Counted from the stretch's first letter, positions 7,893 to 14,778 are shown. The stretch: DNA of 14,778 nucleotides from Candidatus Bathyarchaeia archaeon (GCA_049517415.1 JBEKSC010000041.1:1-14778), one strand, 5' to 3'. Numbers and translations are program-made. The notes: a model not told the origin generated them from the sequence alone.

Positions 7893-9275
7893 TCAATTGC
7901 TTGAGATACCTATGTCAATTGCTGAATGAATTGCCCTGACCGCATCCGGAACATCGGCTTCATTGAGTATGAGGATTACTTGAGACGTGTGAGGTGCAAA
8001 GACGCCTCGTTTGATGTTTATGTTGGGAATAGAATGTATGGCCTTTGATGCAATGCCAGGGGATGTTCTCATCTTGTCCCCGACAAGAGTGACTATTCCT
8101 ACACCATATTCGACCTGCATTTCTTTGTCAAATGACCTTAGCTGCTTCTCATACTTCCTGACAAAGTTAGCGTCCAGAATCAGAAAATCGCGTAGAACCT
8201 GCCCGGTATCCATGACTTCCGCTCCAAGATCAAGGAAACCATCATAGTCCTCCCAAAGCCTAAGACAATCTTCAAGTGATCTGCTCTTCTCGTTGTTCAT
8301 TGTTATGATGGCGCAGTTCCTTGAGCCCGTTACACATTTGACAGTCTGATTGGTCGTGTCGTCTCTTTGTATCATAGTCCCTAGCGTTGGGTTCGAAAGA
8401 GGTGCAACCATGATTGTAAGGTTGTGCGACCTTGCAATTCTCACTGCTGCATTCTGAACTATGTTCATCCCAGCTATTGTCGCTTTTTGTGCTTCGTTAT
8501 AGGTCATCATTGGAACTCTCTCGAGCGGCTGATCTTTGACTATGCTTGGATCGGCAGTCTGCACAGGTGTATCCTTGAACAGAATCGTCTCAACGGCGAA
8601 GTGGCTGCTCAACAGTCGGGAGAGGAAGACCGCTGTCTGGTCGGATCCACCTCTTCCCAACACCGTTTCAAGACCATCATGAGTCAAGCCCAGAAACCCA
8701 CCAACTGTAACAACTTTTCCGTCTTCTAACAGACTTAGAAGGCCAGATAGGTTCTTGGCGCTCATCTCGTAATCTGGTGTAGCGTTTTCGAAAATGTCAT
8801 CGGTTATTATTGGCCACAATACCTTGTCAAGATGGCATGAGTGTACCGCTTCCGAGTTCAGGACGTAACTCATCAGAGCTGCGGTTGGTAACTCGCCTCC
8901 CGAGGTGAGCACCTTAGCCCGATTTACGCCATCGAATCGTCTATCAACTTTTGCAAGAGTCTTTTCAACCTCATTCTTCAACCCAGCAAGCACGCTTTGG
9001 CAATCCTTGAGAAGTTGTTCTCCTACTACGTGACGCAAAGCAAAGTCTGAGTAAGAAGCGAATATTGAATCAAGGTCATAATCTGAACCCAGAGCTTTGG
9101 CTTCGCCAATTGATTGGAGTCTGTCAGTGACACCTTTCGGTGCAGAGAAGATTGCAAGAGGGCCAAGATCTTTAGCCTCTTTAAGCTCTATGATGCGTTT
9201 GACAATTAAGCTGATGTTACTTCCGGTGAGATCTACCAAACTTCCGCCAAACTTAATGACTGCTATGCTCTTCAA
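7893..9275 (-). CDS. lysC: Aspartate kinase with C-terminal ACT-like region
   Basis: VIKFGGS, FSAPKGVTDRL, SGGE, GGFLG, LGRGGSDQTA, TADP and MTYNEA; ACT-like VTLVGDKMRTSPGIASK...AVRAIH. Start moved to TTG 9275 so that KFGGS lies near the N-terminus, as usual in the family. Confidence 0.88.
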   Translation of the reverse strand: MKSIAVIKFGGSLVDLTGSNISLIVKRIIELKEAKDLGPLAIFSAPKGVTDRLQSIGEAKALGSDYDLDSIFASYSDFALRHVVGEQLLKDCQSVLAGLKNEVEKTLAKVDRRFDGVNRAKVLTSGGELPTAALMSYVLNSEAVHSCHLDKVLWPIITDDIFENATPDYEMSAKNLSGLLSLLEDGKVVTVGGFLGLTHDGLETVLGRGGSDQTAVFLSRLLSSHFAVETILFKDTPVQTADPSIVKDQPLERVPMMTYNEAQKATIAGMNIVQNAAVRIARSHNLTIMVAPLSNPTLGTMIQRDDTTNQTVKCVTGSRNCAIITMNNEKSRSLEDCLRLWEDYDGFLDLGAEVMDTGQVLRDFLILDANFVRKYEKQLRSFDKEMQVEYGVGIVTLVGDKMRTSPGIASKAIHSIPNINIKRGVFAPHTSQVILILNEADVPDAVRAIHSAIDIGISSN

Positions 9276-9532
9276 GTTGTCACATCTCGGCCCTACAGCT
9301 ACTTGCTGGATTCTGTCTCTAAACGATATGTAATCATCCTTATGGCCTGAAGCATGAGAGCTGGAACGTCTAGCTTGAATGCCGCCTATTAACGCACTCG
9401 TGTCCGCCTTCCCGTGAACAATGCTCGCAGTGAGCGTATTTGTCTGTGCAAGCGTCGACATATCCTCAGTGCTAGTGATTCAGTTTTCATTGCCTAAAGG
9501 TCCGCAGGGAGTGTCGTTGATGGTATACGTGA

Positions 9533-9629
9533 TTGGTGTGTGCGTCCAATAGTGCGTGCATCCAAATTTGAACCATCGTCGTTCGTTCGTAAAAGTTTGT
9601 GTGTGCGCACCATTAGACACACACAGAAA
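9533..9629. repeat. Inverted doublet of the palindromic repeat (37-bp arms, 23-bp spacer)
   Basis: 9533-9569 versus the reverse complement of 9593-9629: 27/37 identical without gaps, mostly transitions. Each arm is itself an imperfect palindrome. Confidence 0.75.
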
Positions 9630-9680
9630 AATGACCCAACCTTCCAATTGAGATAGGTATAAGGCTGCAGGAGATTGGAA

Positions 9681-10334
9681 ATGCCAAGGCCGAGAGTAAG
9701 GGAACCTGAAGGCGTTACAGGGCAATTAACCACAGAATCATACGATCGCATGATGCGGAGCCTCATGAAGAAAGGCTACCTTGATACCTCTAAACTCATC
9801 AAGGCCGGCATTAACTCGGGAACTGCGCTTGAGGTCGGCCCTGGCCCCGGGTATTTGGGAATCGATCGGTTGACGAAAACCTCCAACACTTTCCTGAAGG
9901 GGTTGGACATCAGCGCGGACATGGTGAGAGTAGCTCAGCGAAATGCGACTGAATTCCATGTGGATGACCGAGCTGCATATTTTTTGGGCGATGCGCGGCA
10001 AATTGTGTTCGACGATGAAACATTTGATGCCGTCTTCTCAAACGGCTCCTTGCACGAATGGTCTGACCCAAGAATCGTCCTTAACGAGATTCATCGCGTC
10101 TTGAAACCCGGCGGGGTGTATTACATAAGCGACCTACGTAGGGATATGAGTCTCTTCGCAAGAGTACTCTTGCAACGGGCTATACCTAAAGAAAGAAAGC
10201 AAGGTTTTCTCATGTCACTCAACGCTTCCTACGCGACAGACGAAATAGCACCAATTTTGAGTGAAACCAAGTTGAGCAAATGTAAGGTATCGCGGGAATT
10301 TTGGACAATTGCAATAACCGCGAAGAAGACGTGA
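9681..10334 (+). CDS. Class I SAM-dependent methyltransferase (UbiE/Methyltransf_11-like)
   Basis: ALEVGPGPG (motif I), GLDISADMV, GDARQIVFDDETFDAVFSNGSLHEW and EIHRVLKPGG. TATAAG at 9658-9663 precedes ATG 9681; an in-frame TTG lies at 9675. Confidence 0.9.
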   Translation: MPRPRVREPEGVTGQLTTESYDRMMRSLMKKGYLDTSKLIKAGINSGTALEVGPGPGYLGIDRLTKTSNTFLKGLDISADMVRVAQRNATEFHVDDRAAYFLGDARQIVFDDETFDAVFSNGSLHEWSDPRIVLNEIHRVLKPGGVYYISDLRRDMSLFARVLLQRAIPKERKQGFLMSLNASYATDEIAPILSETKLSKCKVSREFWTIAITAKKT

Positions 10335-10429
10335 TTTGTGTGGTACTACTGGTGCGCACCCCCGAACTACTCCACCAATAACGATTGTTCAATTTGCGTT
10401 GCCCGTACCATTGGACCCACACACGCAAC
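10335..10429. repeat. Second inverted doublet of the palindromic repeat, starting immediately after the methyltransferase stop codon
   Basis: 10335-10368 (reverse complement AGTTCGGGGGTGCGCACCAGTAGTACCACACAAA) and 10392-10429 (ATTTGCGTTGCCCGTACCATTGGACCCACACACGCAAC). Centres are 62 bp apart versus 64 bp in the 9533-9629 doublet. Confidence 0.6.
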
Positions 10430-10507
10430 TGCACGGATCCACAATTCAATCGGCAAAACAGAGCCGGTAGATTGACGCAGTAGAGAGTGGGTCGGATCAC
10501 AATTGGG

Positions 10508-11143
10508 TTAGTTTAGTTCTGGGACTCGCCTTGTTAGCTCGGCCCAGTCTCCGCCAACAGTCTCTCGTATGAGAGCCTTGAGTCCAGCGAAAACTTGCGG
10601 AGGCATGAGAGTCATCCAGCCCCTGGTGACCACGGCACGGTCGTCATGGCCTAGTAGCGGGAAAAGCCACCGAACAACAGTGGGATTTCTGTCAGGGGGG
10701 ATCTTTCTAGCCATCGTCCCCACGATTGAGGCTTGCTCGCTTTCTGTAGTTCGCTCTCGCAGAATTGGGTACAAATGAGCGTCTTCCTTGTTAAGGTGAA
10801 TTCTCAGAAAGGCGTTTAGAACAGCTGTCGCCCTTGCCGCTGTCAATGAATCTGGTGCTGTCCGCATCGCTTCCAGTCCAGCAACCATTATGTCCAGTTC
10901 ACGATGGTCCAAAAAGTAGGCCTTCGCTACAAGCGGCGCTACCTTGTCGAGAGCAGGGAACACGGCCTCCTCCTCACCCTTCGCGTGATAGTCCAGAATT
11001 TCTCCTGTAACGTGAAGTCGATCCAAAACGCGAGTCATGTCCCCACCGTTCCGCGCCGCTTTGAAAGCAGCCTCATTGGCTTCCAGCGTGTCACGACGAA
11101 ATGCATTGTGTAAACAAAGCACTATGTCAATCGGCCCAGACAT
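10508..11143 (-). CDS. Hemerythrin/HHE cation-binding domain protein
   Basis: LHNAFRRD, YHAKGEEEAVFP, DHREL and IHLNKEDAHLYP: the H...HxxxE...H...HxxxE pattern. Confidence 0.88.
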   Translation of the reverse strand: MSGPIDIVLCLHNAFRRDTLEANEAAFKAARNGGDMTRVLDRLHVTGEILDYHAKGEEEAVFPALDKVAPLVAKAYFLDHRELDIMVAGLEAMRTAPDSLTAARATAVLNAFLRIHLNKEDAHLYPILRERTTESEQASIVGTMARKIPPDRNPTVVRWLFPLLGHDDRAVVTRGWMTLMPPQVFAGLKALIRETVGGDWAELTRRVPELN

Positions 11144-11269
11144 AGCCTATATTCTCCCGCGATACTCTTCGTTAGTGGGTATTTCACGTTATCCATACCG
11201 TATGTTATCGTTTTGTTAGTGTGTGAGGACGTAAGGATATGAAAGCCGAACGCAGTCGAAGAGCAGTCT

Positions 11270-11458
11270 TCACTTGTCAACCCAGATGAGACTAGGATGT
11301 ATTGGACAGTTCTTTGCACGATTCGACGTATTGGCTTTAATCTGATCTAATATTTCGTTGTTTATGAAATTCCCGAATGATGGATCAAACCAGGATTCCT
11401 CTTCATTTTTTTCCAGTATTACCCGTACCTGTGCGCGTTTTTCATCCACTGGAGCCAT
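11270..11458 (-). CDS. Small hypothetical protein (62 aa)
   Basis: ATG 11458 (or ATG 11467) in a GGGAGG context; fills an otherwise empty gap in the same orientation as the hemerythrin gene; TTAAAAG TATA-like element on the - strand near 11507-11513. No recognisable motif. Confidence 0.4.
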   Translation of the reverse strand: MAPVDEKRAQVRVILEKNEEESWFDPSFGNFINNEILDQIKANTSNRAKNCPIHPSLIWVDK

Positions 11459-11521
11459 CCCTCCCATTCGCTGTCGCTCAGAACATTTCAATTCCCACGC
11501 CCGACGCTTTTAACTCCACCC

Positions 11522-11605
11522 GCGGAGGCCCCACTGGTTACTGGAGTAAGGTCGAGGTTGGATTGGCCTTTCACTAGAGTGCAAACCAGAGGATGAGGCC
11601 TTCGT
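11522..11605 (+). other. Long imperfect stem-loop (candidate structured RNA or 5' leader element)
   Basis: Nested pairings GCGGAGGCC/GGCCTTCGT, CTGGTT/AACCAG, CTGG/CTAG and AAGGTCGA/TTGGCCTT around loop GGTTGGA; several G-U pairs favour the + strand. Confidence 0.4.
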
Positions 11606-11667
11606 TAATTTCCTGAACCTCTAAGACTTTATCTACATCTCTCCCCTATTTCCGGCTGTTCATACAA

Positions 11668-12765
11668 TTGTCTGAAGAGCGCAAACTTGCGGCAATAATG
11701 TTCACTGACATCGTAGGGTACACTGCGCTCACCCAAGAAAATGAATCGCTCGCGATGCAGATCTTAGATCTTCAGCGCAGTATCGTTCGACCGATCTTGG
11801 CAAAGTATGCCGGGCATGAGATAAAGACGATCGGGGACGCATTTCTAGTCGAGTTCCCAAGCGCGTTACGAGCGGTCCAATGCGCAACTGACATCCAGAA
11901 AAGTTTTGCAGACCAAACATCGCAGCAGGGCAAGAAAATGCTTCTGCGCATAGGAATTCACATCGGGGACGTGATCTTTCGTGAAGGGGACGTTTATGGA
12001 GACGCTGTGAACATTGCCTCCCGCATTGAACCGCTAGCAGAGCCAGGCGGCATCTGTATTTCACGCGAGGTCTATGCTCAGGTCTGGAACAAGATTGGGT
12101 ATAAGACCATTGAGCTTGGTGAACGTGAACTCAAGAACGTGCAATCTCCAGTCATTGTCTATTCTGTCCTGCCGCAAGCGGTGGATAAAGAAGTTCAACC
12201 TTCCCAATCCGTGAAATCAAGTCTACTTTCGGACGATCTTGGGAAGGAGCTTGAAGGTTTAGAGAACCCCGTTGTTCTAGGTCTAATGGACCCGATACGC
12301 TATCAGGAATCCGTTTTGAGGTTAATGCGCTACTTTACTAGCAGATCGCCGCGGGGAGTCTACGTGACCCTCAACAAGCCGTATGCGACGCTGCTGAAAT
12401 CCTTCGATAGGGCTGGGATACCGGCCGACTCTGTTTTCTTCGTTGACGCGATCACGGACGTTCCATCTGTCGAAGAAGATGCGACGCACGCGTGCGTAGG
12501 TTCGGGCGTCGATTTGAGCACCCTCGGCGTATGCATCTCGAAAGCCGTCAAACAAATCAAAGAAGACAGGTTCCTATTACTCGACAGCCTGTCAACTCTC
12601 CTAATCTACTACGATGCCAATGCCGTAGTCAAGTTCGCGCATCTCCTCACGGAGAAGATGCGCAGCTGGAACAGTTCAGGTTCGCTAATAACGGTGGAAA
12701 CGAATTCCGAGCGGGATCTGGTTTCGCAGCTTTCGCCTTTCTGCGACAAGGTCGTGAAGATATGA
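11668..12765 (+). CDS. Class III adenylate cyclase fused to a C-terminal degenerate KaiC/RecA-like ATPase domain
   Basis: [23 protein letters not shown] and [16 protein letters not shown]-terminal [40 protein letters not shown] and [11 protein letters not shown] resemble the KaiC/RAD55-like fold, but there is no GxxGxGK[ST]. Confidence 0.87.
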   Translation: MSEERKLAAIMFTDIVGYTALTQENESLAMQILDLQRSIVRPILAKYAGHEIKTIGDAFLVEFPSALRAVQCATDIQKSFADQTSQQGKKMLLRIGIHIGDVIFREGDVYGDAVNIASRIEPLAEPGGICISREVYAQVWNKIGYKTIELGERELKNVQSPVIVYSVLPQAVDKEVQPSQSVKSSLLSDDLGKELEGLENPVVLGLMDPIRYQESVLRLMRYFTSRSPRGVYVTLNKPYATLLKSFDRAGIPADSVFFVDAITDVPSVEEDATHACVGSGVDLSTLGVCISKAVKQIKEDRFLLLDSLSTLLIYYDANAVVKFAHLLTEKMRSWNSSGSLITVETNSERDLVSQLSPFCDKVVKI

Positions 12766-13778
12766 GCTCACGGCAAGGTGGCACAATAAGCCTGCCGGCT
12801 CTCGACTCGTTGCTTTACGGCGCCGCTAAGGCGTTCGACTATCTGGGCGATGAGGGGCAGGAGATGCTTGACAACGTCGGCGGGGGCATAGTGGAGTACT
12901 TAGTGAAGAAGGGGATCCTTCAAGAATCAAAGGACCCCATGCAGATGACTTTTCAGATAGCCAACATCTTTCGGGAGAACGGCTACATTGCCCAGGTGAG
13001 TCTCACTCCGAAAGGCGAAGCATACTCGGTTACGATGCAAAATTGGAATTATCTTCCTCTCATGAAGAACCTCCGCAATAAGGGATCCATCCTCCTGGCC
13101 TGTCCAATGTGCATCGCCAACAATTCGGTTCTAAGGTCGAATTCGCTCGCGTGGAAAAGGGTTAGTGAGGAAGTGGATAGTGATGGCAACTACTTTGAGC
13201 AGATGGAGCTTGTTCCTTATGGGGAGGGTCAGGCTACGCCAAATCCGTCAGCATTAGCCGACCTGACGGCCATCCCAGAAGCGACCTCGGATACGCACGT
13301 TGGAATACCCGTATTCGAGGCTGTGGAGTATGGCTTGATTCACGGCTTTGAGTATTTGGGGGCGCAAGCAGAACTCTTCCTAGACGCCATTGGCAGGGGA
13401 ATACTGGAATTCGTAAAAGAGGAGGCTGGCTTGCAGCATCCAGATGATCTAAAAGACGCGACGAAGGCTCTGGCCAGTTTCTTCACCAAGAACGGCCTAG
13501 CGGACCGGATAGACGTACAATTATCGCCGGCGGACGTTAGGGTGGAATTCGAGAACTACCGCTCTGCACCCGTTTTGGAGCAAGCTCTGAGTGAAGGGTT
13601 GAGGTCTGTTTCATGCCCCTTCCTTCTTGCGTTGAAGGCTCTGCTGCGTAGGGACGGGCGAATCGTAGAAGAGTCGAAGTGGGATTTCAGGACCGGGGCC
13701 AACGCGAGTCTCGTGATGAGGCTTCGTGGAGTGGCCGATGAATTTGACGCTGAAAAAATCAGCGCCTTAATGGATTAA
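12762..13778 (+). CDS. Hypothetical protein (338 aa) with two tandem homologous V4R/HNOX-like ligand-binding-type domains
   Basis: ATG 12762 overlaps the cyclase stop (ATGA). Internal duplication: [37 protein letters not shown] / [43 protein letters not shown] / FTKNGL; LACPM / VSCPF. The fold assignment is inference. Confidence 0.7.
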   Translation: MSSRQGGTISLPALDSLLYGAAKAFDYLGDEGQEMLDNVGGGIVEYLVKKGILQESKDPMQMTFQIANIFRENGYIAQVSLTPKGEAYSVTMQNWNYLPLMKNLRNKGSILLACPMCIANNSVLRSNSLAWKRVSEEVDSDGNYFEQMELVPYGEGQATPNPSALADLTAIPEATSDTHVGIPVFEAVEYGLIHGFEYLGAQAELFLDAIGRGILEFVKEEAGLQHPDDLKDATKALASFFTKNGLADRIDVQLSPADVRVEFENYRSAPVLEQALSEGLRSVSCPFLLALKALLRRDGRIVEESKWDFRTGANASLVMRLRGVADEFDAEKISALMD

Positions 13779-13982
13779 GACGGAGTGCAGAATTCTCCAC
13801 CCTCACTCGATATGATAAGTGATCCACGCGCCGTTGCTCAAACAACGTAACGGCGACTGGTTATTCTAATGAGCAGGCCTCCCGTTCGTCACGAATGTGG
13901 TAGCGTTCTCGTCACGAGTTTATTGATTTCCTGAATTTCGAATTACATTAGAAGTTAAGTACTGACCGAACCTCGTGAATCT

Positions 13983-14778
13983 CTATGGACCGTTGCCGGT
14001 TCCTGAAGTATGCGGGTTTGTTGGGGTTTGTTGGGTTCCGCATTTCCCGCAGAACCGGTCAGGCTGATTCAAGTGGTTGCCGCAATTGCGACAATAGTAT
14101 CCTGTCCCACCGTAACTCTGCGGCGACTTACCGGTCCTGGAGTTGGACAGCAAGAGCAGGAACACGCTAGCTCCCAATAGTATCAAAAGAACTGCTATTG
14201 CGAATCCGTAGAATGGGGCTGAAGAGTTGTCTGTCGTTGCGACCACGCTAGTGAAGGTGCTCAGAACCATTGCGGGGGTAGGAGTCGAAGTTGTCGTCTC
14301 GGTTGCGTAGCTTGTTTGGGTGACAACGCTGCTCTCCGTTGTAGTGGTTTGGTACGGGTTGTTTGAGTATGGGTTAGAGTAGTTTGGGGAGGTGGAGTAG
14401 TACGGGTAACATGCGTTCGGGTTATTCGGATCCACAAAGCAGCTGTAGTACGATGAATAGTAGAGTGAGGTTGGGTACGGGGAGGGGTACGGGTAGGTCA
14501 GGTACAGGTAACATACGTTCGGGTTATTCGGGTCCACGAAACAATTGTAGGCTGGAGCATAGTAAATGTAGTAAACAGGGTAGCCCGAGTACCCCCCATT
14601 GTACCCACCATTGTAACCCCCATTGTAGCCCCCATTGTAACCCGAGTAGCCCGACCAAGTATGTGAACCCGACCAGGTATGTGAACCCGACCAGGTATGT
14701 GAACCCGACCAGGTATGTGAACCCGACCAGGTATGTGAACCCGACCAGGTATGTGAACCCGACCAGGTATGTGAACCC
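13983..14778 (-). CDS. 5'-truncated single-pass membrane protein: repeat-rich N-terminal region, Thr/Ser linker, TM helix, C-terminal zinc ribbon
   Basis: The frame stays open from the window end: (GSHTWS)x7-GYSG-(YNGG)x4-YSGYPVYYIYYAPAYNCFVDPNNPNVC...; TM FYGFAIAVLLILLGASVFLLLL; zinc ribbon YCRNCGNHLNQPDRFCGKCG. Confidence 0.82.
   Translation of the reverse strand, partial: GSHTWSGSHTWSGSHTWSGSHTWSGSHTWSGSHTWSGSHTWSGYSGYNGGYNGGYNGGYNGGYSGYPVYYIYYAPAYNCFVDPNNPNVCYLYLTYPYPSPYPTSLYYSSYYSCFVDPNNPNACYPYYSTSPNYSNPYSNNPYQTTTTESSVVTQTSYATETTTSTPTPAMVLSTFTSVVATTDNSSAPFYGFAIAVLLILLGASVFLLLLSNSRTGKSPQSYGGTGYYCRNCGNHLNQPDRFCGKCGTQQTPTNPHTSGTGNGP
14407..14550 (-). repeat. Two ~42-bp direct repeats (period 102 bp) encoding YxCFVDPNNPNxCY
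   Basis: taacatgcgttcgggttattcggatccacaaagcagctgtag (from 14407) versus taacatacgttcgggttattcgggtccacgaaacaattgtag (from 14509). Confidence 0.85.
14592..14639 (-). repeat. 4 x 12-bp coding tandem repeat (YNGG)
   Basis: nccnccattgta x4; units differ only at third codon positions of the - strand frame. Confidence 0.85.
14650..14778 (-). repeat. At least 7 x 18-bp near-perfect coding tandem repeat (GSHTWS), running off the window end
   Basis: cccgaccaggtatgtgaa repeated without spacers; only the unit at 14650 differs, by one synonymous base. Confidence 0.95.

Noticed and set aside
9276..9530. 62-aa extension of aspartate kinase, or a lysine riboswitch in its leader
   Set aside because: KFGGS is normally within a few residues of the N-terminus, and I see no lysine-riboswitch consensus or convincing multi-helix fold.
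9544..9618. Canonical integron attC site
   Set aside because: It has AAT/ATT rather than AAC/GTT, the spacer region is paired, there are no clear L boxes with extrahelical bases, and no integrase is in the window. Kept only as an analogy in the findings.
12492..12761. N-terminal extension of the tandem V4R-like ORF
   Set aside because: It lies wholly inside the cyclase-KaiC gene in another frame; the ATGA-coupled start at 12762 is far more plausible.
19..14170. Numerous antisense or alternate-frame ORFs in the track (e.g. 19-285, 695-1045, 3266-3655, 3835-4362, 4793-5173, 11729-12064)
   Set aside because: They are shadows of well-supported genes and have no motifs of their own.
14650..14778. 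CRISPR array
   Set aside because: The 18-bp units are contiguous with no unique spacers, lie in frame within a CDS, and no cas genes are present.

Overview
Gene-dense accessory region, probably archaeal (inferred from TATA-like boxes ~25-40 nt before starts, GGTGA-type RBSs, frequent TTG/GTG starts, a KaiC/RecA-like domain and a membrane protein with a zinc ribbon). A + strand run encodes a VioB-type ferritin-like protein, a stand-alone cNMP-binding protein, an RNase Z-like metallo-beta-lactamase hydrolase lacking the tRNA-binding arm, a PPOX-like protein, a Fer4_19/2xCDGSH Fe-S protein and a class III adenylate cyclase-TolB-like-TPR protein. Next come an ICMT/PEMT-type membrane methyltransferase, aspartate kinase, a class I SAM methyltransferase and a hemerythrin-domain protein. 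A second class III cyclase, fused to a Walker-A-less KaiC-like domain, overlaps (ATGA) a tandem V4R-like protein. The window ends in a 5'-truncated membrane protein gene with (GSHTWS)n/(YNGG)n repeats. Two highlights: (i) a candidate cAMP circuit with two cyclases, a receptor and a possible phosphodiesterase; (ii) a family of ~35-bp intergenic imperfect palindromes (consensus ~TTTGTGTGTGCGCACCATTGGACNCACACAC), occurring singly and as inverted doublets that bracket the SAM methyltransferase gene. Family assignments come from motif recognition by eye; no searches were run.
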